From an uncultured bacterium (GTDB lineage: Bacteria > Oederibacteriota > JAAXVQ01 > JAUVAV01): a stretch of DNA of 64,000 bases. Shown here one piece after another: positions 49,338 to 59,223 of this stretch. Position 1 is the first letter of the stretch. Every line of letters starts with the position of its first letter. The notes beneath the pieces are model-generated. The model ran no database searches, was not told the origin of the DNA, and saw only the letters and a list, made by a program, of their open reading frames with translations. The stretch is taken from positions 704,001 to 768,000 of the forward strand of contig CAVQBK010000003.1 of the NCBI GenBank assembly GCA_963710755.1, written 5' to 3'. Position numbers and translations under genes: made by a program.

Positions 49338-50147
49338 ATGACAGAGGATCACAGGCAACAGCCCCGCCAGGACCGGCGCTTGGGAGAGGAATGGGCGGAT
49401 TGGGACGGACATCTGAGACCGGCGCATTTGCAGGTTTCCGCCAGGCTCTATGCGGGACTGAACATTTTACTTACGCTTATGCTGGCCGCGGCGGGCGTGT
49501 TGGTTATTTGGCTCATTGGCCCCCGCTTGGAACAACTGCTGAATAGACAGGTCATATTGGTTCTGACCTATGGCTGGCTGGGGTTGATCATGGGGTGGCT
49601 GTTTTTACTCCTGCTGGCTTTAAGCAAAGTGTCATGGGCACTGCGGCTATTGCAGCGGTTGGGCGGCATCCGGTGGAGCCTAAATATGGGCTTGAGCTTG
49701 GGGCGCAAGCTCGGGTTTTCCAAAGATGAAATCGGGCATGCTTATGTTCAACTGCACAATCGTTTGGAAGTTCTGCCCAGCCTTATTAAAGATCCTGTAA
49801 AACTTTTGGTGCTGGCACCGCGGTGCTTGCAAAAAGAGAGCCAAATGGGGTTGAAAGCTCTGAAGGATAAATATGGTTTTTCACAAGTGATTGTGGTGGG
49901 CGGCACTGAAGCCAGACGAGCCATTAAAACAGTAAGGCCCCGGGGGATCATTGCTATTGCCTGTGAGCGCGATTTATTGTCAGGCATAAAAGATTTAAGG
50001 GGTAAAATTCCGGTCATTGCCTTCCCCAACCAAATGCCGGAAGGTCCTTGTAAAAATACGGTTATTCCCCTTGACAGTATTGAAAAAACAGTGACAATAC
50101 TGCTTGGTAAACCATGGCCGCATCTGCTTACGGATGAGGTCAGTTAA
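49338..50147 (+). CDS. DUF116 domain membrane protein
   Basis: LLVLAPRCLQ, GGTEAR, IIAIACERDLLSG and GPCKNT motifs; two TM helices. Confidence 0.85.
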   Translation: MTEDHRQQPRQDRRLGEEWADWDGHLRPAHLQVSARLYAGLNILLTLMLAAAGVLVIWLIGPRLEQLLNRQVILVLTYGWLGLIMGWLFLLLLALSKVSWALRLLQRLGGIRWSLNMGLSLGRKLGFSKDEIGHAYVQLHNRLEVLPSLIKDPVKLLVLAPRCLQKESQMGLKALKDKYGFSQVIVVGGTEARRAIKTVRPRGIIAIACERDLLSGIKDLRGKIPVIAFPNQMPEGPCKNTVIPLDSIEKTVTILLGKPWPHLLTDEVS

Positions 50148-50175
50148 GTTATAATCACTTTAAGGAGGCGTTTCA

Positions 50176-50367
50176 ATGAAAGTATCAATTGATGAGTCAT
50201 TGTGCACAGGGTGTAGTCTTTGTGTCACTGATTTACCGGAAGTTTTTGAAATGGGTGACAATGGTCTGGCCAAGGTGTTGGTGGAATCACCGGAAGGTGA
50301 TTTGGCTGACCGGGCCCGCGATACTGCGCCCACCTGTCCGGCTTCTGCCATTATCATTGAAGAATAA
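50176..50367 (+). CDS. Monocluster ferredoxin
   Basis: CTGCSLC...PEVF...CP; AAGGAGG RBS. Confidence 0.92.
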   Translation: MKVSIDESLCTGCSLCVTDLPEVFEMGDNGLAKVLVESPEGDLADRARDTAPTCPASAIIIEE

Positions 50368-50378
50368 TTACTTTTAAC

Positions 50379-50418
50379 CAAAAAGGCGGTACTGTCATCA
50401 GGCAGTACCGCCTTTTTG
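50379..50418. terminator. Bidirectional intrinsic terminator
   Basis: CAAAAAGGCGGTACTG...CAGTACCGCCTTTTTG. Confidence 0.85.
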
Positions 50419-50441
50419 CTTTCCAGCCACGAGGTACAACC

Positions 50442-51176
50442 ATGACCCGTTGGGCCGTGATTTCAGATATCCATGGTAATGCCGAGGCCTTGCAAGCCGC
50501 AGCCGCGGTAATCGTTCACCAGCAGGTTGACCGTATCTTGTGTCTGGGCGATGTGGTAGGTTATGGCGCCCAGCCGCAAACCTGTCTGGAATGGGTCCAA
50601 CAAAACTGCCAACACTGTGTTCTAGGCAATCATGAGATGATGGTCATGCATGATGATCTTCCTTGGAAGGTCCGTGACGATGTTCGCCAGGTCATACGCT
50701 GGACCAGAACTGCCTGTAGCTCGAGCCTGTTGGAGCAGGTGAAACATTGGCCTCTGATCCTTCCTCTGAGATCTTGCCTGATGGTACACGGCTCTCCCTG
50801 GGAACCGGAGCAGTTTCATTATATTTTCAGTCCTTGGGACGCCAGCCAGGCTTTTGAACAAGCCGGGGAAGCCCTGATTCTGGTAGGTCATACGCACCGG
50901 CCGGCTTTTATTGAAGTCGCCCCCGGCAAGTCTCCCCGGTGGAATCCCTTGTCCAACCTGGTGACCTTGCTGCCGGATAAGCGATATATTATTAATGTGG
51001 GCAGCATTGGTCAACCTCGCAACGGTGACCCCCGAGCCCAATGGCTTATATGGGATGATACCTTGGGGATCATTACGTTTCATGCCACACCCTATGCTAT
51101 TGACCGGGCTCAGCGGAAAATATTGGATGCCGGGTTGCCACGCTGGTTTGCAGAACGACTGGCTCAAGGCTATTAG
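50442..51176 (+). CDS. Metallophosphoesterase family protein
   Basis: SDIHGN, GDVVGYG, GNHE, HGSP, GHTH and NVGSIGQPR motifs. Confidence 0.93.
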   Translation: MTRWAVISDIHGNAEALQAAAAVIVHQQVDRILCLGDVVGYGAQPQTCLEWVQQNCQHCVLGNHEMMVMHDDLPWKVRDDVRQVIRWTRTACSSSLLEQVKHWPLILPLRSCLMVHGSPWEPEQFHYIFSPWDASQAFEQAGEALILVGHTHRPAFIEVAPGKSPRWNPLSNLVTLLPDKRYIINVGSIGQPRNGDPRAQWLIWDDTLGIITFHATPYAIDRAQRKILDAGLPRWFAERLAQGY

Positions 51177-51472
51177 TGCCGGCAGGGCTGACTTTTATAC
51201 GTTTCCATTAACCTCCGGGGGTTCCCCCCGGCATGAATGAGAAAAAATAAAATAAAATTCTACTCGAATCAACTATCCTGCCCAAGCCGCAGGATAGTTG
51301 AAGTCGGGCACAGACCTTGCGGTGAGGCGTTTGGACCATGGATTATGGGCACTGAGGACCCGAGAAGGTAAAGGTGCAAGTAGGGTTCTGTTCCACGGTG
51401 CCGGTGCAGAAATCATTTTGAAATTTAAGGCAATTCTAATATTCTGACCCCCCTGACCGTGGAGCATGCGGC

Positions 51473-51501
51473 TTGACAAAAAAAATTAAGGCTTTTATAA
51501 T
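51473..51501 (+). promoter_or_regulatory. Perfect-consensus sigma70 promoter of the rpoN operon
   Basis: TTGACA-N17-TATAAT. Confidence 0.85.
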
Positions 51502-51564
51502 TTCAACTTGGCCTGCCGCTCGTTTGCCCGGCAAGAGCGGTTACAACAATGGAAAGCAGTCTCA

Positions 51565-53019
51565 ATGTCCCCAAAATTGGAAACCAAAATAAAAACCGAT
51601 ATTACGGTCACCATGACCCAGCAGTTGATGCAGGCCTTGCAGATCTTACAACTCAATACTGTCGAGCTTTCCAATAAAATTCAGGATGAACTGGCCTCCA
51701 ATCCCATGCTGGTGGAAAAGGAAGATCAGGACCAGGCTGATCTCCATCCTGCCACCGAAGACCCGCCCCCGCCGGCCGGACCTGAGGAAGCCACAGCCGA
51801 CGTTACTATTGATGATAAAGGGTTAAGCGCCCAAGGCGTGGATAATGAGGGGTGGGAGATGTTTTTTCCTGACGATGATTTTATTCCGCCCCGCTTTGAC
51901 CGCGAACAATACACGGAATATCGCCAGCCCCAGATTGCCTATCAGCCTACGCTGGAGGATAATCTGCTTTGGCAGCTGACCATGGCTGACGTAACCGATG
52001 AAGAGTATGCCATTGGCGAAATCATTATCGGCAACTTGAATGATCACGGCTTTTTAACGGTCCCTCTGGAAGAGATTGCTCAACAGGCCCATGCTAGCCT
52101 GGAAGATGTGGAGCATGTGCTGGCCTTGGTGCAGACCATGGATCCCATGGGGATTGCCGCTAAAAATGTGGTGGAATGTCTGCTTATCCAGCTTCAAAAT
52201 TTGCCCAGCCGCAATGCTCTGGCGGAAAAAATAGTAGCCCAGCACTTTGGGTTGCTGGAAAAACGGCAGCTCGATCAAATCGCCAAATTGTTAAAAGTCA
52301 GCCGGGAAGAGATCATTCAAGCCGATAAACTCATTGCCAGTCTGGACCCCTACCCCGGCCGGCGTTTTGCCAATCCTGCGGTGCAATATGTGGTACCCGA
52401 TGCCATTATTGAAAAACACGATGATCAGTATATCATTATCATTAATGATGACTCTTTCCCCATGCTGGGCATCAGCCGAAAATATCAACGGCTGCTAAAA
52501 AGTCGTGATCACCAATTAACGGATCAGGAAAAACAGTTTTTACGGGAAAAACGCAGCCAGGCTAAAAATTTGATCGAAAGTATTGAGAAACGGCGTAAAA
52601 CCTATTACCGTGTGATCGAAGCCATTATTAAATTCCAACAGGATTTTTTTGACAAAGGCATTGAATACCTTAAACCTTTGCGGCTCAAGGAAGTGGCTGA
52701 GGAGATCGGCAAACATGAGTCCACGGTTTCGCGGGTGACCAATGGCAAGTATGTGCAAACGCCGCGGGGATTGTACGAGTTGAAATATTTTTTCAGCAGC
52801 CATATCGGGACAGCTGACGGCGGCCAGATTTCCTCCACCAGTGTCAAGGCCGCCCTGCAGGAACTGATCGCCGATGAAGATAAAAAAAAGCCGCTTAGTG
52901 ACCAAAAATTAATGGAGCTGCTGACAAAAAAAGGGTTTGATATTAAGCGGCGCACAGTGGCAAAATATCGGGAAGAAATGAACGTTTCACCTGCAGGCAG
53001 AAGAAAGATATTGGCTTAA
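51565..53019 (+). CDS. rpoN: RNA polymerase sigma-54 factor
   Basis: QQLMQALQILQL, HESTVSR, ELKYFF, PLSD and the RRTVAKYRE RpoN box. Confidence 0.98.
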   Translation: MSPKLETKIKTDITVTMTQQLMQALQILQLNTVELSNKIQDELASNPMLVEKEDQDQADLHPATEDPPPPAGPEEATADVTIDDKGLSAQGVDNEGWEMFFPDDDFIPPRFDREQYTEYRQPQIAYQPTLEDNLLWQLTMADVTDEEYAIGEIIIGNLNDHGFLTVPLEEIAQQAHASLEDVEHVLALVQTMDPMGIAAKNVVECLLIQLQNLPSRNALAEKIVAQHFGLLEKRQLDQIAKLLKVSREEIIQADKLIASLDPYPGRRFANPAVQYVVPDAIIEKHDDQYIIIINDDSFPMLGISRKYQRLLKSRDHQLTDQEKQFLREKRSQAKNLIESIEKRRKTYYRVIEAIIKFQQDFFDKGIEYLKPLRLKEVAEEIGKHESTVSRVTNGKYVQTPRGLYELKYFFSSHIGTADGGQISSTSVKAALQELIADEDKKKPLSDQKLMELLTKKGFDIKRRTVAKYREEMNVSPAGRRKILA

Positions 53020-53045
53020 AAAAACAAGATTCCTTGAATTTGCAC

Positions 53046-53074
53046 TTGCATCCGACCGCCGGAAGGCCTATACT
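53046..53074 (+). promoter_or_regulatory. Internal sigma70 promoter for hpf
   Basis: TTGCAT-N17-TATACT. Confidence 0.5.
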
Positions 53075-53106
53075 CGACGGGTTAAATTCAACCAGGAGGT
53101 TGTCAC

Positions 53107-53637
53107 TTGAAACTAACCATTACCGGACGTAATATTGAAATTACCCGGGCACACCGAACCTATATTCGCAAGCGTTTTGAAAAATGGAACACTTTTTTAA
53201 ATAGCGTTACCATGGTGCATGTGATCCTGTCGGTTGAGGGCTACCGCCATACCGCGGAAGTGACCTCCAAGGATAAACATTACAGTATCAATGCCAAAAC
53301 CACTACCAAAGATATGTACCAATCCATTGACCTGCTAGCTGAAAAGATTACCCACCAACTCACCAAACAACATGATAAATTGATTAATAAAGATGCTGCC
53401 AGCCGCAGCCGCGAAAAAAGAAGCCTAACGACCTCGGCCGGCGGACCCAGAGAAGCAGCTCATCCGTCTTTAATAGTGGATTACTTCACCGGCAAGCCTA
53501 TGTCCATAGAAGAAGCCCTGTTACAACTGCAAAACAGCCGTAAACCTTTCCTGGTTTTTGAAGACGCGGAGAACGGACAGTTGGCTGTTTTAAGCAAAGA
53601 GAAGAACAATAAGATAAAATTAACCATCAAAGAATAA
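53107..53637 (+). CDS. hpf: Ribosome hibernation promoting factor (long HPF)
   Basis: ITGRNIEIT, DMYQSID and KPMSIEEA motifs; AGGAGG RBS with TTG start. Confidence 0.9.
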   Translation: MKLTITGRNIEITRAHRTYIRKRFEKWNTFLNSVTMVHVILSVEGYRHTAEVTSKDKHYSINAKTTTKDMYQSIDLLAEKITHQLTKQHDKLINKDAASRSREKRSLTTSAGGPREAAHPSLIVDYFTGKPMSIEEALLQLQNSRKPFLVFEDAENGQLAVLSKEKNNKIKLTIKE

Positions 53638-53766
53638 GATGGCGTGTGCTATGTTGGCCGCTATTTTATTCCGAGCTGAATTTTAATATGCTTCATCTCC
53701 GCAGCCAGCTGTTGGAGATCAGCGGAATAAGCGCTTAGTTAGTATCGCAAGAGGAGGCTGTAAGGA

Positions 53767-54231
53767 ATGCGAATTATGGATTTTTTATCGGAAAAAAACA
53801 TCAATGTGGATTTGAAGGCAAAAAACAAAAAGGAAGTTATTGAAGAATTGGTGGATTTGCTGGTTGCAGGTGGCCATGTCACTGATAAGAAAAAAATGGT
53901 TCAGATACTTTTAGAACGGGAAGAACTGGGCAGTACCGGCATCGGCCAGGGCATTGCCATTCCCCATGGCAAGTCGGACAGTGTCAAAGAATTAACTGCA
54001 GCTTTTGGTCTTTCCAAAGCGGGGGTATCCTTTGAAGCCTTGGACGGTGAACCGGTCTTTATTTTCTTTTTATTGGTGGCCCCCGAAGGTACAGCCGGTG
54101 CTCACTTAAAAGCCTTGGCCCGTATTTCGGGTTTATTAAAAGACAAGTATATTCGTAAAAAACTGATCTCAGCCCAAACCACCGAGGAAGTGGTAAAAAT
54201 TATTCAAGAAGAAGAAAAAGCCACTCATTAA
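53767..54231 (+). CDS. ptsN: PTS IIA (fructose/nitrogen-regulatory type)
   Basis: REELGSTGIGQGIAIPH, F.ALDGEPV and HLKALA motifs. Confidence 0.9.
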   Translation: MRIMDFLSEKNINVDLKAKNKKEVIEELVDLLVAGGHVTDKKKMVQILLEREELGSTGIGQGIAIPHGKSDSVKELTAAFGLSKAGVSFEALDGEPVFIFFLLVAPEGTAGAHLKALARISGLLKDKYIRKKLISAQTTEEVVKIIQEEEKATH

Positions 54232-54447
54232 GCATGCAGTGGCGCTCTGGTGATCAATGACCTGCCTGCGGTGGTAGGGAAGTGTTTTTTGATCATGGTC
54301 ACAGCGGGTTTCCTCCCCAGCTTGGCAAAGCATCAACCCCTCCGGAGAAAGGACGTTGCAGCATTGATGAAGACAAGACTGATGTTTATGGCTTACTTCT
54401 TAGTTCATCATACGCCCTATTCCGAAAGCCTGGCTGTTGGCTGACCA

Positions 54448-55386
54448 ATGATTAATTTACTGGTCGAAGAGTTTTATCTGGAAGAAAAGAAGAAATTGTC
54501 GCTGGAATTGGCAGCGGGCCGGGAAGGTCTTACCCGGAAAATTACTGTGCCTGATATTAATCGGCCGGGGTTGGCCTTGGCCGGTTATTTTGATTATTTT
54601 GCTTTTGAGCGCATTCAGGTTTTGGGGCGGACCGAACTATCCTTTTTAAAAGGCGTGGGCCGTCAGCAGACCAAGGCGATTTTTGAAAAATTGTTGCAGT
54701 GGGAAGTATGCTGTTTCATCATCACCCAGGGGATGGAACCGCCCGAGGAACTGCTGGAAGCCAGTGAAGGTAAAGACGTCCCTATCTTTAAATCCCTTAT
54801 GCCTACCACCAAATTAATCGCTGATTTAACCATTTATCTGGAGGATAAGCTTGCTCCGGAGACCTCCCTGCATGGCACCTTGGTGGATGTTTACGGTATT
54901 GGCGTGCTCATCCTGGGAAAAAGCGGCATCGGTAAGAGTGAATGTGCCCTGGACCTGGTGGAACGGGGGCATCGGCTGGTGGCTGATGATCTGGTGGACA
55001 TCAAACGCACGGCTGAACGCATTCTTATGGGATCGGGGCCGGAATTAATTCGTCACCATATGGAAATCCGCGGTCTCGGCATTATCAATATTAAAAATCT
55101 GTTCGGTATCGGTGCTATTCGCGACCGCAAACGGGTGGAGTTGGTGACCACCATTGAAGAATGGGATGAAGGCAAAGAATACGATCGCTTGGGACTGGAT
55201 GAATTGACCTATTCCATCTTGGACATCGATCTGCCCCGCATCATCATTCCCGTCAGGCCGGGCCGGAATCTTTCCATTATTATTGAAGTAGCCGCCATGA
55301 ACCAGCGTTTGAAAAAAAGTGGTTATCATACGGCTAAAGAATTTAACAAAACCTTGATTTCCTGGATGCAAAACGATGACCACTAA
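54448..55386 (+). CDS. hprK: HPr kinase/phosphorylase
   Basis: RPGL.LAG, GKSGIGKSE, HRLVADD and EIRGLGII motifs. Confidence 0.98.
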   Translation: MINLLVEEFYLEEKKKLSLELAAGREGLTRKITVPDINRPGLALAGYFDYFAFERIQVLGRTELSFLKGVGRQQTKAIFEKLLQWEVCCFIITQGMEPPEELLEASEGKDVPIFKSLMPTTKLIADLTIYLEDKLAPETSLHGTLVDVYGIGVLILGKSGIGKSECALDLVERGHRLVADDLVDIKRTAERILMGSGPELIRHHMEIRGLGIINIKNLFGIGAIRDRKRVELVTTIEEWDEGKEYDRLGLDELTYSILDIDLPRIIIPVRPGRNLSIIIEVAAMNQRLKKSGYHTAKEFNKTLISWMQNDDH

Positions 55387-56284
55387 AGTTGACCGGGGTG
55401 TTAACAGCCATGAACCCCTGGTATTGATCATCACCGGTTTATCGGGTGCGGGCAAGCATCAGGTATTGTATCAGTTGGAAGATCTGGGTTTTTTCTGCAT
55501 AGATAATTTGCCGGCCTTTCTCATTGAGCCTACCTTGGGTGCACTGCAAGGAACGACCATGATCTATCCCAGACTGGCCATTGGGGTGGACGTGCGCACC
55601 CGGACCTTTCACCCTGCCTTGCAAAAAGCGCTAAGGACGTTCAAGCAAGAAGAACAAAAACATAAAATCATCTTTTTGGAAGCCAAGGCAGAAGAGTTGG
55701 TCAGGCGTTTTGCCGAGACCCGCCGGCCTCACCCCCTGGATGAAAAGAAGCCTCTCAGTGCCCGCATTCACCAGGAAATTAAAATGCTCGGTTGGCTGCG
55801 GGCACAAGCGGACTTGATTGTTGACTCCACCCACCTTACTCCGCCTGAGCTGCGACGCCAACTACTGCAGTGGCTGGGCCAGGAAAAAGCGGGGTTGCAA
55901 GTCATGCTCAGCAGTTTTGGCTTTAAATATGGCCTGCCCCAGGAGGCGGACATGATTTTTGATGTACGTTTTCTACCCAATCCCTTTTACAAACCCGCCT
56001 TGAAAAAACTGAACGGCCTGGACGCCAAGGTTAGACGTTTTGTGTTGGGGTCACCTCTGGCGCAGACGAGCCTGGACCATATGGTGTCCCTGATAAACAG
56101 TATCCAGGACGGGTTTGTGAGGGAAGGCAAACTGCAGCTGCACTTGGCTATTGGTTGTACCGGCGGTCAGCATCGTTCCGTGGTCATGACCGAAGCACTT
56201 GGCAAAAAAATGGCCAATGTCACCATGATTTACCACCGGGAATTGCAGGCTCCCTCCGGTATGGGTGCGGGCATGAAACGGTGA
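55376..56284 (+). CDS. rapZ: RNase adapter RapZ/YvcJ
   Basis: TGLSGAGK, DNLP, ETRRPHPL, SFGFKYG, DVRFLPNP and GCTGGQHRSV motifs. Confidence 0.95.
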   Translation: MTTKVDRGVNSHEPLVLIITGLSGAGKHQVLYQLEDLGFFCIDNLPAFLIEPTLGALQGTTMIYPRLAIGVDVRTRTFHPALQKALRTFKQEEQKHKIIFLEAKAEELVRRFAETRRPHPLDEKKPLSARIHQEIKMLGWLRAQADLIVDSTHLTPPELRRQLLQWLGQEKAGLQVMLSSFGFKYGLPQEADMIFDVRFLPNPFYKPALKKLNGLDAKVRRFVLGSPLAQTSLDHMVSLINSIQDGFVREGKLQLHLAIGCTGGQHRSVVMTEALGKKMANVTMIYHRELQAPSGMGAGMKR

Positions 56285-56355
56285 CGTATTAGATTATCCT
56301 GCAATGAATTGCGGGGCATTCGCGAGGACGTATTAAAGCGAGAAAAAGGAATGTC

Positions 56356-57684
56356 ATGGACTCTAAACACTCCTCCACACCCCAGGAAAAACGCTGGGAT
56401 AACCGGGTGCGCTGGCGTTGGTTTTATCCTGGTGTAAGGTTAAAACGGTGGCTGATTCTGTTGTTATTATCGGCCATTGTGTTCGGCGTGGGCTTGTCCG
56501 GAATGATGGGGCAAACCTTCAGTAATTTCGAGGTTAAGGTGATCGACGTCAGGCCCTTGGCCAAAAAAATCCAGAGTTTGCGGGCCATCGATTTTCTTTT
56601 GTTTGCAGCCGGCATTGCGGGGGTTATCCTGGCTATCCGGCGGGGATTATATTCCGTATTGACCGTGGTGATGCCGGCTCAAACCAAGGATTATCCGTCC
56701 ATGGCGTTGGAACGATTGCGCTTAAAACGAGGTCCCAAAATTGTGGCCATTGGCGGCGGAACCGGCCTGCCGGCCCTATTGGGCGGACTCAAGCAATACA
56801 CCTCCAATATCTCCGCCATTGTGACCATGGCCGATGACGGCGGCAGTTCCGGTCGTCTGCGCCGCGAATATCAGGTCCTGCCTCCCGGCGATTTACGTAA
56901 CTGCCTGATTGCCCTGGCGGAAACCAGTCCGCTCATGAACCAATTGTTCCAGCACCGCTTTAAGGGCGAAGGCGGAGGTATTGAAGGACACTCGTTTGGC
57001 AATCTGTTTATCACCGCGCTGGGGGAGATTACCGGGGACTTTGCCGCTGGGGTAAAAGCGGCCAGCCAGGTCTTGGCCGTCAGTGGACGGGTGCTGCCGG
57101 TCACCGTAGATCCGGTGGGATTGGAAGCTGAATTACAAAACGGCACTATTGTTACCGGAGAATCCACCATTGGCAAGGTCAGTCAGCCCATCCAGCGCCT
57201 GCGTCTGGTACCGGCTCATGTTAAACCGGCACCGGAAACCAGGGAAGCCATTGCCGAAGCCGATGCCATTGTGATCGGGCCGGGCAGTCTTTATACCAGT
57301 ATTCTGCCCAACTTATTGGTGGATGGCATTGCCGATGAAATTGCCGCCTCCCGGGCGGTCAAGATCTATGTCTGCAATGTTATGACCCAGCCGGGCGAGA
57401 CCGACAATATGGGGGCGGCCGATCATGTGGATGTCATCCGTCGCCATACCCGGGACGACTTGATCCATTATGTGATTGTCAATAGCGAACTGCCGGGACC
57501 GGAGTTGTTGCAACGCTACGAAAAAATGAATGCCCATCCCATTATGGTTAAAAACGATGATTTAACCAAATTTGATGAATGGAATATCACCTTAATCAAG
57601 AGCCGGTTGGCTGTAAGCCAGGATTATTTTCGTCATGATCCTCGGCGCTTGGCGCGGGTTATTCTTAAATTAATTGTCATTTAG
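56356..57684 (+). CDS. YvcK/GlmR family protein with N-terminal TM helices
   Basis: IGGGTGL, DDGGSSG.LR, PPGD.RNC, GHSFGN, GPGSLYTS and RHDP motifs. Confidence 0.93.
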   Translation: MDSKHSSTPQEKRWDNRVRWRWFYPGVRLKRWLILLLLSAIVFGVGLSGMMGQTFSNFEVKVIDVRPLAKKIQSLRAIDFLLFAAGIAGVILAIRRGLYSVLTVVMPAQTKDYPSMALERLRLKRGPKIVAIGGGTGLPALLGGLKQYTSNISAIVTMADDGGSSGRLRREYQVLPPGDLRNCLIALAETSPLMNQLFQHRFKGEGGGIEGHSFGNLFITALGEITGDFAAGVKAASQVLAVSGRVLPVTVDPVGLEAELQNGTIVTGESTIGKVSQPIQRLRLVPAHVKPAPETREAIAEADAIVIGPGSLYTSILPNLLVDGIADEIAASRAVKIYVCNVMTQPGETDNMGAADHVDVIRRHTRDDLIHYVIVNSELPGPELLQRYEKMNAHPIMVKNDDLTKFDEWNITLIKSRLAVSQDYFRHDPRRLARVILKLIVI

Positions 57685-57713
57685 AATCGGTGTCTCCAAA
57701 AGCTACTTTTCTT

Positions 57714-57966
57714 GCGCAGATAATTATTTTTCCCTCCTTGGATAGGGGGCTAGAGAGATTTTCGGAATGGTCAATGTGGTGGACTCAAACCATGTTACGC
57801 TAATAGCATGACGTTGTCTCGCCATCCGAAAATCCATCTCTTTTCTTCCTTTCCAAGGAAGACGATCAATGGTGGTTTAATGTCAAGCGACCATTGATCA
57901 TGCCATAACCATGTTCATTCCGGCCTCGCCGGTTTAGATCCCAAGTCTGCGCGATCTGCGTTTTTT
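57714..57966. repeat. Nested inverted-repeat (REP/MITE-like or structured RNA) element
   Basis: Pairs 57714-20/57946-52, 57735-42/57852-59, 57757-66/57825-34, 57791-97/57804-10 and 57864-73/57890-99. Confidence 0.6.
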
Positions 57967-58107
57967 GCTTTGTGACCTTCGTAACTTCTCTCCTCAAGTT
58001 CCGGTTGGGGGACAACAGAAGGTGTTCTTACCTACAGGACATTTTAATTCCTACTTTACAAAAGGCAATGATTATGTCAATTTTAAACAAATCCCTGAAT
58101 GAGGTAC

Positions 58108-58524
58108 ATGGCCGTGATACAAATCGTGGTAACAACTCATGGCGCTCTGGCAAGAGAATTGGTCAAGACCGCTCAAATGGTGGTGGGGGACCAGCAGGAT
58201 TTGGCTGCTATTGGGCTGGAAACGCATGAAGGGATTGAAGATTTAAAACGAAAAATCACCTCTTTATTAAAACCAGTAGTTCATGAAGAAGATGGATGCC
58301 TGATGTTGGTGGATATGTTTGGGGGGACGCCCAGTAATGTCAGCCTGATGCTGGCCCAGGATTATCCAATTCAGGTGGTGGCGGGCGTCAACTTACCCAT
58401 GGTCATTGAAGCGCTTACCCATCGGGCGGTGATGAGCCTCAAGAATTTGGCGGTTTTTGTGCAAGAAAAAGGGCAGCGAAATATTATCCATGCCAATCCG
58501 CTTTTGGAACGTAAAAATTCCTAG
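58108..58524 (+). CDS. PTS mannose-family EIIA
   Basis: VTTHG, VDMFGGTPSN and GVNLPM motifs. Confidence 0.93.
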   Translation: MAVIQIVVTTHGALARELVKTAQMVVGDQQDLAAIGLETHEGIEDLKRKITSLLKPVVHEEDGCLMLVDMFGGTPSNVSLMLAQDYPIQVVAGVNLPMVIEALTHRAVMSLKNLAVFVQEKGQRNIIHANPLLERKNS

Positions 58525-58662
58525 GATCACAGGGCCGTCGGCTGCAGGCCGTCCATATTCAGCCTAAATTTGGATTACCGCAATGAATTATCAACTTTGG
58601 TTGAATGCATGGGGTTTAGGCCAACCAGGCCTGACCACGACATTAACCGCAAAGGACAGGGC

Positions 58663-59148
58663 ATGACCGTTGACATTGGATTGATTCGTATTGATGACCG
58701 CCTGATGCATGGTCAAGTGGCGGTAGGCTGGACCAAAGTGATACACCCTGATCATATTATCATTGCCAATGATGCGGCCAGCCATGATCCGGTCCAAAAA
58801 AGCTTGCTGGAAATGGCCTCCCCGCCTCAGTACGGCCTTACCATTTGCGAAACTGAAAAAGTCGCCGAAATCTGCGCTCTGCCATCCTTGGACCATAAGC
58901 GGTTGATTATTTTATTTGCCTCGGTCCAAGATGTGCTAAAGGCCGTGGACCATGGCTTGCTGGCCAGGACTATTAATGTGGGCGGCCTGCGCTACAGTTC
59001 GGGCAAAACCCAGATCCGACAGGCTGTGGCCATTGATAAACACGATATCGGCGATTTTAAAAAATTGTTGGCCAAAGGCATTAAAATCAATATTCAAATG
59101 GTGCCTACCGATGAATCGATACCCATTGGGCAGTATATCAAGGACTGA
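58663..59148 (+). CDS. PTS mannose-family EIIB
   Basis: RIDDRLMHGQV, INVGG and QMVP motifs. Confidence 0.93.
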   Translation: MTVDIGLIRIDDRLMHGQVAVGWTKVIHPDHIIIANDAASHDPVQKSLLEMASPPQYGLTICETEKVAEICALPSLDHKRLIILFASVQDVLKAVDHGLLARTINVGGLRYSSGKTQIRQAVAIDKHDIGDFKKLLAKGIKINIQMVPTDESIPIGQYIKD

Positions 59149-59223
59149 ACTGTTACAGCAGGCATGGTTTCCTTGCTTTAGCACCTGACCCATGACCTGC
59201 CAAATGCAAGGAGGCTTTTAAGG

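Noticed and set aside
54250-54444. 64-aa ORF between ptsN and hprK; likewise 57972..58229
   Set aside because: No RBS or motifs; the first region is dominated by hairpins and the second overlaps EIIA out of frame
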